Of a stretch of DNA of 64,000 nt, positions 9,680 through 18,794 are shown one piece after another. Made by a program: the position numbers and the translations under genes. How positions within the stretch are numbered: position 1 is the stretch's first letter; every line of letters begins with the position of its first letter. Source of the DNA: Candidatus Xenobia bacterium (GTDB lineage Bacteria > Vulcanimicrobiota > Xenobia > Xenobiales > QWHO01); contig BTUM01000018.1 in NCBI GenBank assembly GCA_045863235.1, positions 50,922-114,921 of the forward strand, in the 5' to 3' direction. The notes beneath the pieces are model-generated. The model was not told the origin of the DNA. It worked only from the letters and a program-made list of their open reading frames with translations, and did no database searches.

Positions 9680-10345
9680 ATGGCCTATCGCGCGGTTCTC
9701 TTCGACCTGGACGGCACCCTGATCGACTCCGAGCGCCACAACCTGGTGGCCTGGCGGGCGGCCTGCGCCCACCACGGATTCGCTCTCAGCGACGCGTTCT
9801 ACCACAGCCTGATCGGACTGAGCAAGGTGAAGGCCGACGAGCGCCTGCAAGAAGAGTTCGGGCCGGGGTGCGATGTGGTCGCCCTGCGCGAGACCCGTCG
9901 GGAGATTTTCTACCACGCCTGGGACAATGGCTCCCCCGTGCCCTGGAAACCCGGCCTGGATAGCCTGCTGCCCTGGCTCGAGCAGCGAGGCGTGGGTCGG
10001 GCCGTGGCCACCTCCAGCTCCCAGCCCGAAGCCTTCGCCAAGCTCACCCGGGCGCGTCTGGTGGAGCATTTCTCGGTGGTCGTGTGCGGCGACGAGGTCC
10101 CCGCCGGAAAGCCCGCGCCGGACATCTTCCTGGAGGCCGCCCGCCGACTCGACGTCGACCCTTCGCGCTGCCTCGTGGTGGAAGATTCGCCGTGGGGTGT
10201 GCTGGCCGCCCGCAGGGCGGGGATGGAGGTCGTCTACATTCCCGACCTGCTCGGCCCCGAGGGAGTCGAGGCGCGCGTGCTCGCGAGCCTGGCTGAGCTG
10301 CCGGTGCTCTTCGGGGGTCAACCTGATCAGAGGAGAAGCCCATGA
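9680..10345 (+). CDS. HAD-family phosphatase (beta-PGM/CbbY-like)
   Basis: FDLDGTLIDSE, ATSS, KPAPDIF, VEDS motifs. Confidence 0.92.
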   Translation: MAYRAVLFDLDGTLIDSERHNLVAWRAACAHHGFALSDAFYHSLIGLSKVKADERLQEEFGPGCDVVALRETRREIFYHAWDNGSPVPWKPGLDSLLPWLEQRGVGRAVATSSSQPEAFAKLTRARLVEHFSVVVCGDEVPAGKPAPDIFLEAARRLDVDPSRCLVVEDSPWGVLAARRAGMEVVYIPDLLGPEGVEARVLASLAELPVLFGGQPDQRRSP

Positions 10346-11160
10346 ACCAGCTCGAGTATTGGAACGGTCGCGCCGGGGAAACGTGGACCGCGCAGCGCGA
10401 CAACCTGGACCGGATGCTGTCGAGTTGCACGGCCGCGCTGAGGGAGCGGGCTGGCCCGGTAGCGGGCTTGCGCCTTCTCGACATCGGTTGCGGCACGGGG
10501 GAGACCTGCGCTGTCTGGCTGGCCGAGGGAGCCGAGGTGACGGGGGTGGACATCTCGCGGGCGATGCTGGCCGTGGCCCGCAGCCGCACCGAGGGCAAGG
10601 CCCTGCTCCTGGAGGCGGACGCGTCCCGATGGCGGGATGAAAGGCCTTTCGACCTGGCTGTCTCCCGGTTTGGAGTGATGTTCTTCGACGATCCCGAGGG
10701 CGGCTTTGCCAACATCGCGGCCAACCTGCGTCCGGGAGGACGGATGGTGTTCTGCTGCTGGCGGGCGCCCGAGGAGAATCCCTGGGCCACGGTGCCGATT
10801 GAAGCCGTGCGCGACCTCGTGCCAGAGGCTCCACCCGCGGCGCCCTTCGCGCCCGGCCCCTTCGCCCTGGCCGACCGAGAGCGGCTGGCCGGAATCCTGG
10901 CTCGAGCGGGGTTTGTGGAGGTGACGCTGGAGCCGCTGGACTTCCCGGCCTGCCTGGCGAGTGAAGGGGGCGTGCGAGCGGCGGTGGATTTTGTCATGCA
11001 GGTTGGCCCGGCCGGTGCCGCCCTGGCCGAGGTCGGCCCCGAGACCCGTGCCCGGGCCGCGGAGCGGCTCGAGTCCGCCCTGGCTCCCCACGAGCAAGAC
11101 GGCCAGGTGAGGCTGAGAGGCGCCGCCTGGATGGTAACGGGTGTGCGCCCGACCAGATGA
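10342..11160 (+). CDS. Class I SAM-dependent methyltransferase
   Basis: LDIGCGTG, VDIS, SRFGVMFF motifs; ATGA overlap. Confidence 0.92.
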   Translation: MNQLEYWNGRAGETWTAQRDNLDRMLSSCTAALRERAGPVAGLRLLDIGCGTGETCAVWLAEGAEVTGVDISRAMLAVARSRTEGKALLLEADASRWRDERPFDLAVSRFGVMFFDDPEGGFANIAANLRPGGRMVFCCWRAPEENPWATVPIEAVRDLVPEAPPAAPFAPGPFALADRERLAGILARAGFVEVTLEPLDFPACLASEGGVRAAVDFVMQVGPAGAALAEVGPETRARAAERLESALAPHEQDGQVRLRGAAWMVTGVRPTR

Positions 11161-12221
11161 TGCGCGAAACCTTTCTGAACGCCGCTCACGAGATGTTCGA
11201 CGGCTATTGCGACCTCTACGCGGCCCTGAGCCGGGCCGGCGCGGAGTCGCCCGACGTGCTGGCGCTGGCCGAGCACGCCCGCCCCGGGCAGTCGCAACCC
11301 CTCCTGCTGCTGGACGTCGTCCACTACCTCCTGCGTGAGCGGCCGGAGCACGCGCTGGCCGACTACTACCGCAGCCTCAGGCCCGAGCCTCTGCCTGCCG
11401 CGGAGGCGATCGGACCCTACCTCAGCTTCTGTCGGGAGCACCGGGCGCAGATTGAGCAGTTGTTGCCGCAGCGCCAGGTGCAAACCAACGAGGTGCGCCG
11501 CGCGGCCACGCTGCTGCCGGTGCTGGGCCTGGCCTGGAAGCGCGTGGCCGAGCAGCCCCTGGCGCTGGTTGCGCTGGGCGCCAGCGGGGGTTTGCTGCTG
11601 ATGCTGGACCGCTACCGTTACGACTACGGTCCGGCCGGACAGGTGGGGGACCCGGCCGCGCGCCTGGTGCTGACCTGCCAGGCACGCGGTCCGGTGCCGA
11701 TTCCGCAGCGCATCCCGGTCCTGGCCAGCCGGGCCGGCATCGACCTCAATCCCATCGACGTGCGGGAGGATTCCCAGCGTCGCTGGCTTGAGGCCCAGAT
11801 CTGGCCGACCGAAGCCTTCGACGACCGGGTCAGGCGGCTCGACCTGGCCGCGGAGGTGACGGCCCAGGATCCGCCCCGCCTCATTCGGGGCGATCTGCTG
11901 GCCGAGCTGGCACCGCTGGTGGCCTCCGTGCCCGCCGAGCAGGCAGTGTGCCTGATGCACAGCTACACGACCTACGAGATGCCTCCGGAAGGCCGCGCCC
12001 GGCTGTCGGCCCTGGTGCGCCAGCTCGGCGAGACCCGGCCGGTGCTGTGCGCCGGGCTCGAGTGGGACAGCCACCGGGTAACCTGGCTCAACCTGCAGCA
12101 CTTCGCGCCCGGGCAGGAGCCCTGGGAGCGCCAGTTGGGGCACGCGCAGGTCCACGGCGAGTGGGTCGAGTGGCTCGCGGATGGGAAAAACTCACAGACC
12201 GAGCTCGCGCCGGTCGAGTAG
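11157..12221 (+). CDS. DUF2332 family protein
   Basis: VQTNEVRR, LGASGGLLL..DRYRYDY, GIDLNP, WLEAQIWP, HGEWVEW motifs. Confidence 0.85.
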   Translation: MMRETFLNAAHEMFDGYCDLYAALSRAGAESPDVLALAEHARPGQSQPLLLLDVVHYLLRERPEHALADYYRSLRPEPLPAAEAIGPYLSFCREHRAQIEQLLPQRQVQTNEVRRAATLLPVLGLAWKRVAEQPLALVALGASGGLLLMLDRYRYDYGPAGQVGDPAARLVLTCQARGPVPIPQRIPVLASRAGIDLNPIDVREDSQRRWLEAQIWPTEAFDDRVRRLDLAAEVTAQDPPRLIRGDLLAELAPLVASVPAEQAVCLMHSYTTYEMPPEGRARLSALVRQLGETRPVLCAGLEWDSHRVTWLNLQHFAPGQEPWERQLGHAQVHGEWVEWLADGKNSQTELAPVE

Positions 12222-12251
12222 AATGGGGTCACGGTTCCCCGAACCCGCACG

Positions 12252-12324
12252 AAACGCAAGAATCGTCGCTCTTACCCGGGGAACCTACATGGGGCTACTT
12301 GAATGGCGCCCCGACTGGGTTTGC
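12252..12324. repeat. 73-bp direct repeat, copy 1 (att-like, contains tRNA-3'-end-like sequence on the minus strand)
   Basis: 69/73 identical to 14957-15029; minus strand contains CAAACCCAGTCGGGGCGCCA. Confidence 0.9.
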
Positions 12325-12445
12325 AGAGCGTGCTGGGTGGGTTTGCTCACCTCTTGCTCACCAAATCCGAAATTGCTTCGTTGAGCCATTTCAAGAGTCA
12401 CCAGCCGTCGTCCCTTTCGTGGCCCCCCGGTTCCCGGCTGCTCCG

Positions 12446-13753
12446 TCAGCTTCTTAGGAGCCAGCGCCAGACAGGAATTGTCTCCGCGCGTTCGACTCTG
12501 GCCAGCCGAGCATCTTCATTGGTCAATGTGAGCAGCAGGCCACACGCCTCGGGGAAATCTCTCAGGGCCTCCTCGAGAGCGCCAGCCTCCCGCTCGCGGG
12601 TGCCCTCCTCTGACATTCCCGCGCAGACCTGAATGAGCAACTCTGTGCCGTCATGAAGCCGAGCCTGAAAGTCCACCTCCTGGCCGCTCGCCGTGGTGCA
12701 GTAACCCCACTCTGAGCTCCGACGGGCCAACTCCAGGGCGACGGCCGTTTCCAGCCGAGAGCCGACGTTTCTCTTACCACTCCGATCGAAAGCGCGGACC
12801 ATTCCCGGATCGAGCGGGTAGATTTTGCGAGGGTTTGACTGGCGTCGGCGCTCGCTCGTGGTAGCCAGCGAGGCGGTCACGAACAGGAATGCATCCTCCA
12901 GGTACGCCATCAACTCGTGCAGTGTCTGCTTGGAAACCGGCAGGCCCTGGCTGCGGAGGTCGTTGTAGAAGCGGTGTACGCTGAATCGGCCGCCAGCGGC
13001 TCCAAGCAGTTGGCGAACGAGGCGCCGCAAAGCCTCGACGTTGGTGATCGAGTGACGCTCCACCACATCCCGCAAAATGACAGAGTCCACATACCCCTGC
13101 AAGAGGCCGATCCGATCTCGCTCTTCCAGGCCCTGAGCCTCGGGAAATCCGCCTACCTCGAGATATTGCGCGAATGCACCCTCCAAAAGCGAGACCTGTC
13201 TCTTGGGAACGAAATCGGGATCAGCGGGCACCGCCTGCCCGTGATGGATCAGGAACTCTCGGAAGCTATACGGGAATATCACTGTTTCGGTGGACCGCCC
13301 CCTCAAAGAAGTAGCCACCTCCCGCGACAGGAGCCGGGCTGAGGAGCCGCTGACGAAAACCTCGACATTCTCCGTGTCGAGAATGCGACGAACAAAAGCT
13401 TCCCATCCAGGAACGACTTGAATCTCATCCAGGAGCAGCGTGACCGGTTCCGCATCTCGGTAGTCGGGAAACCTGCGGTAATAGTCCTCCAGGATCCAGG
13501 CCAGTTGTCCTGACCGAATGCCTGCCAGGCGATCGTCCTCCAGGTTGAAGTACACCAGACTCTCACGCGGCCGGCCGCGTGAGAGCCGCTCTTGCATGCA
13601 CTGATAGAGGAACCAGGTCTTGCCCGCTCGCCTCATCCCGATTACAGCGTGGGCTTTGCCCGGGATGGCCGGTACCCGCGCCTCTCGCGGTGTAAGCGGG
13701 GGTAGCTTGAATGAAACAGCATCAGCCAGCTTCTGTTGGACGATCTCTTGCAT
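12446..13753 (-). CDS. AAA_14/DUF4143-type ATP-binding protein
   Basis: Walker A GMRRAGKT, Walker B LLLDEIQ, SGSSARLLSRE, GGFPE, KIYPLDPG, EVDF C-terminal motif. Confidence 0.9.
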   Translation of the reverse strand: MQEIVQQKLADAVSFKLPPLTPREARVPAIPGKAHAVIGMRRAGKTWFLYQCMQERLSRGRPRESLVYFNLEDDRLAGIRSGQLAWILEDYYRRFPDYRDAEPVTLLLDEIQVVPGWEAFVRRILDTENVEVFVSGSSARLLSREVATSLRGRSTETVIFPYSFREFLIHHGQAVPADPDFVPKRQVSLLEGAFAQYLEVGGFPEAQGLEERDRIGLLQGYVDSVILRDVVERHSITNVEALRRLVRQLLGAAGGRFSVHRFYNDLRSQGLPVSKQTLHELMAYLEDAFLFVTASLATTSERRRQSNPRKIYPLDPGMVRAFDRSGKRNVGSRLETAVALELARRSSEWGYCTTASGQEVDFQARLHDGTELLIQVCAGMSEEGTREREAGALEEALRDFPEACGLLLTLTNEDARLARVERAETIPVWRWLLRS

Positions 13754-14064
13754 CGGTACTCTCAGGGGGTTCTCTTAAAGTCAAATCTGTCCTTCTCAAA
13801 AGTACTGATTGCCTTCGTCGCCCTCACGCGGAGAACTTACACGCGAGCAAGAGAATGAAGTCCCGTCTGGATTTCCCGCACCCCGCAGTTAGCTGGTCGG
13901 GTTTGAGCACGTCTTGATCACCGAATCCGGAATGCTGTCATTTGAGCCATCATGGCGCGTCGCGCTGGGGAGAAGCTGGCTTCTCACATCCGAAAGAGGT
14001 CGTCCGGCGTGAGCAAGAGCAGTCCCGGCTGGTCTATCAACTCAGGACTCCAAGACACGGTCAG

Positions 14065-14448
14065 TCAGCACTCAACGACCCGTATTTCTTTTCCGGCCGT
14101 CGCCGCCAAGTGGCTGATATCGAGCGGATCGCTGGTAAGGACGATGTCTCCCGTGTCCGATACCAGGACGATTGTGGCGTCCATCGGGTCGCTCGTGCCT
14201 GCGAGACCGATCAGGATGCCGGCCTCCCGCCCAAGTTGCTCATCGACCGGTCGCACGTCGACTGCGGCAAGAATCCGAGAGAGTCGCGCCTGTCGCCCAC
14301 GCCGGTCGCGCCAGACTTGCGCCAGTATGATTCCTGTGGTCCGAAGGTCCAAACCGTGTTGCTGGGCCGCTTTCAACCGCGCATGGACATCGCGGTCGTC
14401 TCGCTCCACAGCGACCAACGCACCAGCGTCGAGCACCAGCGCTCTCAA
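14065..14448 (-). CDS. PIN-domain (VapC-like) toxin
   Basis: LVLDAGALVA, DATIV, LTSDPLDI motifs; 4-nt overlap with upstream antitoxin. Confidence 0.8.
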   Translation of the reverse strand: MRALVLDAGALVAVERDDRDVHARLKAAQQHGLDLRTTGIILAQVWRDRRGRQARLSRILAAVDVRPVDEQLGREAGILIGLAGTSDPMDATIVLVSDTGDIVLTSDPLDISHLAATAGKEIRVVEC

Positions 14449-14678
14449 ACGTCAACAAGTCCTAGCTCTTTTTGAGCACGACTCAGTTCCTCGGCGGTAA
14501 TCCGGCCGTGCCGGCGTTCCCAGGATGCTAGATAATCTCGCAAGGCTTCGGAGCGGAGTTTTGCCCGTGCAGCCTGAGCCAGCCAGGTCGAAACTCCGAT
14601 ACCCGCTTTCTTGGCCGCGCTTCGGACCTCGTCGCCCAGGTCAGCTTCCAGTGAGATGCTCATCTTATCAACCTTCAT
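14445..14678 (-). CDS. Ribbon-helix-helix antitoxin (VapB-like)
   Basis: MKVDKMSISL..VRSAA..VSTWL..WERRHGRIT pattern, coupled to the PIN gene. Confidence 0.75.
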   Translation of the reverse strand: MKVDKMSISLEADLGDEVRSAAKKAGIGVSTWLAQAARAKLRSEALRDYLASWERRHGRITAEELSRAQKELGLVDV

Positions 14679-14956
14679 GACTCTATCATACCACGGTGTG
14701 TCCATACTTCGGTATGACCAGATTTAGACCGTCGTTGTTGCGCAGAGAACCTACGCGAGGACCTCAGGACTCAGCTCAGGCCTTGGTCACGGGGCGCTCA
14801 GTGAGGATCTCTGATCACCTGACTCCGGGCCGAAGCTGGCACCAGGACCTCGATTAGGAGCAGAACGGCTTCCGCTGAGGGAATTCCTGCATGTTCACCG
14901 TTTTGGCGCACCGAGAGTGGAGAAACCCCACCAGATTAGGGTTACTTATACTGACC

Positions 14957-15029
14957 AAACGCAAGAATCGTCGCTCTTACCCGGGGAACTTACATGGGGC
15001 CTCTTCAATGGCGCCCCGACTGGGTTTGC
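14957..15029. repeat. 73-bp direct repeat, copy 2 (att-like)
   Basis: 69/73 identical to 12252-12324; followed by tandem TGATCACCGTT x2 at 15050-15071. Confidence 0.9.
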
Positions 15030-15167
15030 GGGGCGGGTGGCGGGCGAAATGATCACCGTTTGATCACCGTTTACGGATCGGCACGGTTGAGCCATTTCTG
15101 CGCTAGCAACTGCCAGTGCCCCGAGTATCTTGCCCCCGTCCGGCGAAGTGGATAGAATGGGAAGACC

Positions 15168-15380
15168 ATGGAACTGACGATCGAGATCGAACGGGAAACA
15201 GACGGACGCTGGCTGGCAGAGGTCTTGGAGCTTGCCGGCGTCATGGCTTACGGCGCCGACCGGGCCGAAGCTGTGGCCCGGGTTCAGGCCCTGGCACTGC
15301 AAGTGTTGGCGGACAAGCTGGAGCACGGCGAGCTTGCCCCGGTCCCGTCCGTCACGTTCTCGCAGCTCGAAGCGGCTTGA
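15168..15380 (+). CDS. hicB: HicB family antitoxin
   Basis: IERETDGRWLAEVLELAGVMAYG..EAVARVQALAL is the short HicB pattern. Confidence 0.85.
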   Translation: MELTIEIERETDGRWLAEVLELAGVMAYGADRAEAVARVQALALQVLADKLEHGELAPVPSVTFSQLEAA

Positions 15381-16603
15381 GCTGGTCGGCGACCAGAGCT
15401 CGGGTCGTCCTTCAGGCTCAGTCCAGTCTCGGTTTCGACAGGTCCGGGGAGTTCCCGCCGGAACATGTTGGGGTGCGAAGGATTGGGGGACGCGAAGTGC
15501 TCACGCTCTGGGGGGAACCTGTCAGCCGTGTCTACTGGGTTCTAGGAACGTGCATTTCTGGATGGGCAGCCTGGAGTCTGTTGCAGAAGGGACCGAGCCT
15601 CCTTGGGTTCCTGTGCCTCGTGGGAACCGCGGGATTTGTTGCGGCCGGAGCCATCGGAGTGTCGTTCCTAGCGTATGATCCGAAGGCAAAGGAACTCTTG
15701 CGGGGGCGCAGGAATTGGCTGGGCTCCCGTCTGCAGCTGGAATCTGCGAGGATTCTAGGCGTTGCGGTCGTAGCACGTTATGCGTTCGAAGGCGGCAACC
15801 GTGTTCAAAATTGGGGGGCCTGCCTGCTTACAGACGGCCAGGCCGTCTGGCTCGGACCCCTGCAGTCGGACCAGAACAGGGCGGAGTCGGAGGCCGACCG
15901 GGTAGCCTCGGAGTTGGGCCTTGGAAGAGTTGACCCGAGCATGATCGATCAATGTTCGGGAGGCACCCTCTTGCTGGAGTTCCCATCCCGTCTCCAGTCT
16001 CTTCTATCCTTCAGCGCGGCTTTTACAAGCGGCTTTGCAATTGTAGCGGCAAGCGTGTACTTCATGGTTTCCCCGCCCATCCCCGTGGTGGGCCAGATCA
16101 CTCTTGTCCTGACAACCCTCGGTTTCATTCTGGTGGCTATCCGCGTTCCTTTGCGAGAATCGGTGGTCGTGGATCCCCCGACCGGGAGGATTCTCCACGT
16201 GCGGCAATGGGCACGGGCCCGGTGGGAGACGTGCCTTTGCCGCTTTAATGATGTTCACGAGGTCGCCGTGGGCTGCGAGTTAGACGCGATGCGCTCGGAG
16301 CGAACCCTGTTGTACTACGCCCTGGTGGTCACAAAGACGGGGAAATTGTTGCCCCTGGGTTGGCACGGTCCCGATCCGGCCGACGCCGAGCGACTGGCGG
16401 GCGCTCTCGCGGTCACTGTCGGTGCACCACTTCGTCCGGTTGAACTCGAGCGAACGGTGCAATGGCTCTACGATGCCACCGTCACCAGACCGCCGGGTAA
16501 CAGCATGACGAGCACCATGCTACAGTTGATGATTCTTGGTATCTTTGCGTTGCCCATCCTGGCGTTTCTTGTTTACGAGTGGCTGAGCCTCCGGCAGCCT
16601 TAG
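15377..16603 (+). CDS. Membrane protein with two TM-hairpin + soluble-domain units; the N-terminal ~14 codons look like a hicA remnant
   Basis: TTG 15377 overlaps the hicB TGA; start SWSATRARVVL resembles HicA N-termini; the remainder has about five hydrophobic segments. Confidence 0.6.
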   Translation: MSWSATRARVVLQAQSSLGFDRSGEFPPEHVGVRRIGGREVLTLWGEPVSRVYWVLGTCISGWAAWSLLQKGPSLLGFLCLVGTAGFVAAGAIGVSFLAYDPKAKELLRGRRNWLGSRLQLESARILGVAVVARYAFEGGNRVQNWGACLLTDGQAVWLGPLQSDQNRAESEADRVASELGLGRVDPSMIDQCSGGTLLLEFPSRLQSLLSFSAAFTSGFAIVAASVYFMVSPPIPVVGQITLVLTTLGFILVAIRVPLRESVVVDPPTGRILHVRQWARARWETCLCRFNDVHEVAVGCELDAMRSERTLLYYALVVTKTGKLLPLGWHGPDPADAERLAGALAVTVGAPLRPVELERTVQWLYDATVTRPPGNSMTSTMLQLMILGIFALPILAFLVYEWLSLRQP

Positions 16604-16675
16604 CCGGCCAATGAGAGCACGACGCACAGCGCGATACCAGAATGCACGGTAGTCGTAACACGAGAAAGTGGAGTC

Positions 16676-18040
16676 TCAGGCCAGGATGCGCTGCAAGGTT
16701 GTCGGGTCGAAGTTGGCGTTGTGGTTGGCGCCGGGCAGGTGCAGGTAGGTCACGTTCCCGCCCGCCAGCTTGCTCACGGCCTGCGGGTCCACCAGGCGGT
16801 CGGCTCCGAAGTTGACCACTTGAATCGAATAGCGCCGGGAGGCCTGGTGCAGCTCGCCCGGGTCGATCCCCTTCTGCTTGAGCATACCGTGCATCGCCTC
16901 GTAAGCCCGATCGCGCCGGGCGAAGTTGCCCGGGCGGTCGGAGCGGCGATAGTAGCCGGCGTTGTGCTCGCGAATCTCCTCGGGGGCGTCCTTGAGGCCC
17001 AGCGAATGATCGACCACCAGTCGGCTGAGGGCGGGCAGGCTCTCGTCGGTCCACTGAATGAGAGGGGCGGTCAGGTCCCAGGCGCCCAGGGGGACCCACA
17101 GGCAGCCGACCAGCACCCCGTTCACCAGATCGCGGTGCGGTTGGAAGAAGGGCGTCGAGTCGGGCGAGCAGGCGGGGGCCAGCAGGTGGAAGGAGGCCGG
17201 CCCGGCGTGGCCGGCTTTGTCCAGAGCCACGGCCAGCTCTCCGGCGGCGGCGCCGCCCATCGAGTGACCCACGACCTTGAGCGGGCCCTGGCTCAGGAAG
17301 CCCAGCGCATCCAGGCATTCGAAGACCTGGAAGGCATACTGGCGCGGGGTGTAGGGAGCGCTGCCATCGGTGCGAGCGCTTCCGTCCGAGCCGAAGCCAT
17401 CCAGGGCGACTCCCAGCGAGTTGGGGCCCAGCCAGGCTGGGGTGGTTCCATCCCAGATCTCCTTGTTGGACTGGAAGCCATGCAAGAACACGGTGGTCTG
17501 GTCCAGGCCTGCCAGGCGCCACGCGACCAGGGCCCTCTGAGCCGACTCGGGCAAAGCGTCGCAGTTGGCCTGACCCATGGGCACGGTGAGCTTGAGGGGG
17601 ATGTCCTGGGCGGCGTAGTCCTCGGCGATCTGGGCGGCGCGGGGATTGCCGGCCAGTAGCTCGCTCAGGCTGGTGGCGATGACAGCGTAGACCTGGCCGT
17701 CTTTCGTCTCGAAGCTCAGCTCGCCGGCACGGGCCAGATCGGCCCTTGCGATGGCCGGCCCCCGCAAGGGCGGGTGCTCCCGTTCGGCGGCCAGGAGCGC
17801 GGGGAGGAAGTTGGGATGGCGCTCGCAGACCTCCTGCAACGATTGTCCCGAACGGCCTTCCACGGCCTTCCTGAGCTCGAGGCTGGTGGCATACTCGGCG
17901 CCGCTGTGCACGGTGTCGACCACGGCCTCGCGCAGCGAAGCGGAGAGGTGGGCGCTGTCGAGGGTCTTGTCTTGCAGGGGATCCCGGTCAGGCGGTGGTC
18001 GATGAGAGGAGAGGAAGACCTTGTCCGGACCGATGCGCAT
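16676..18040 (-). CDS. Alpha/beta fold hydrolase
   Basis: FLHGFQS oxyanion motif, GHSMGG nucleophile, DRLV and GANH catalytic candidates. Confidence 0.85.
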   Translation of the reverse strand: MRIGPDKVFLSSHRPPPDRDPLQDKTLDSAHLSASLREAVVDTVHSGAEYATSLELRKAVEGRSGQSLQEVCERHPNFLPALLAAEREHPPLRGPAIARADLARAGELSFETKDGQVYAVIATSLSELLAGNPRAAQIAEDYAAQDIPLKLTVPMGQANCDALPESAQRALVAWRLAGLDQTTVFLHGFQSNKEIWDGTTPAWLGPNSLGVALDGFGSDGSARTDGSAPYTPRQYAFQVFECLDALGFLSQGPLKVVGHSMGGAAAGELAVALDKAGHAGPASFHLLAPACSPDSTPFFQPHRDLVNGVLVGCLWVPLGAWDLTAPLIQWTDESLPALSRLVVDHSLGLKDAPEEIREHNAGYYRRSDRPGNFARRDRAYEAMHGMLKQKGIDPGELHQASRRYSIQVVNFGADRLVDPQAVSKLAGGNVTYLHLPGANHNANFDPTTLQRILA

Positions 18041-18251
18041 GCTCTTTCTTCACGCACCGGGCCCGGTCCGGTCAAGGCCGAGAGCAGACCAGAAGCCTGG
18101 CGCCTGGCCCTGCACCCCATTCCACACCGGGGGCGGCATCGCTCCCGTCGAGCCTGTTCACGTATTGGCAACAATCTGTTAACAGTGTTAACCTTTCCTT
18201 CTCTTCATGGATCCCCGAGAATCAAACCAGTAGATCTCGGAGGTGAAGTGG

Positions 18252-18713
18252 ATGAGCCAGAGGGATGCCATCGGACCCGTCCAGGGAGGTGGCCACGGCC
18301 GCCCCGGCAATGCAGGCGGCGGACCCAGGCAGGGCGCCCCGACCGCCGGCGAGGGCGTCAATTCGACTTCGGAGTACAAAAACCACGGGCAGATGGTCTC
18401 AGCGGCCGCCCGCCAGGGTATTCATGGACGCGAGCTGTCCACGATCGCCCGGGGCGAAACCTCGCTTGAGGAATTGCTGGCCAGGCGTGAGGCGGACATC
18501 CGCCAGGCCGAAGCCGGCCAGAGCACGACCAGCGCAGTCGACGTCGATCCGACCCAGATTATTGAGGTCGTGCAGCCGAATGCCCCCCAGCCAGCGCCGG
18601 CTGTCCCCACGCCGTGGGAGGCCATTGGGGCGGATCAGCAGGCCCTTGACTCTGTGGCCACAGAGTTTTTCCGCCAGTCAAGCGCCCACTTCCGGCGGCT
18701 GGGCGGCGCCTGA
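18252..18713 (+). CDS. Hypothetical protein
   Basis: GGAGGTG SD before ATG 18252; followed by a terminator. Confidence 0.7.
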   Translation: MSQRDAIGPVQGGGHGRPGNAGGGPRQGAPTAGEGVNSTSEYKNHGQMVSAAARQGIHGRELSTIARGETSLEELLARREADIRQAEAGQSTTSAVDVDPTQIIEVVQPNAPQPAPAVPTPWEAIGADQQALDSVATEFFRQSSAHFRRLGGA

Positions 18714-18744
18714 ACGGCGAGTCTCGCTCCGCCTTCGCCAGCTT

Positions 18745-18775
18745 GAAGGGCCCCGCACGAGCGGGGCCCCTTTTC
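18745..18775 (+). terminator. Rho-independent terminator (possibly bidirectional)
   Basis: GGGCCCCGC-ACGA-GCGGGGCCC hairpin plus TTTT between convergent genes. Confidence 0.8.
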
Positions 18776-18794
18776 GCCTCCGCTCAGAGGAGCA

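Larger units (their letters stand above)
12252..15071. mobile_element. Degenerate integrative islet bounded by direct repeats (no integrase present)
   Basis: Flanking 73-bp repeats, visibly lower GC, cargo of ATPase and TA module. Confidence 0.6.

Noticed and set aside
12304..12324. Possible tRNA gene at the repeat core
   Set aside because: Only ~20 nt resembling a 3' end; no D or anticodon arm, and the T-loop is incomplete.
13984..14064. 26-codon minus-strand stretch (…QPGLLLLTPDDLFRM) directly after the PIN stop
   Set aside because: May be a gene remnant or a readthrough extension, but is too short to assign.
12252..15029. CRISPR array or integron attC interpretation of the repeats
   Set aside because: Only two copies 2.7 kb apart; no cas or intI gene; no RYYYAAC/GTTRRRY ends.
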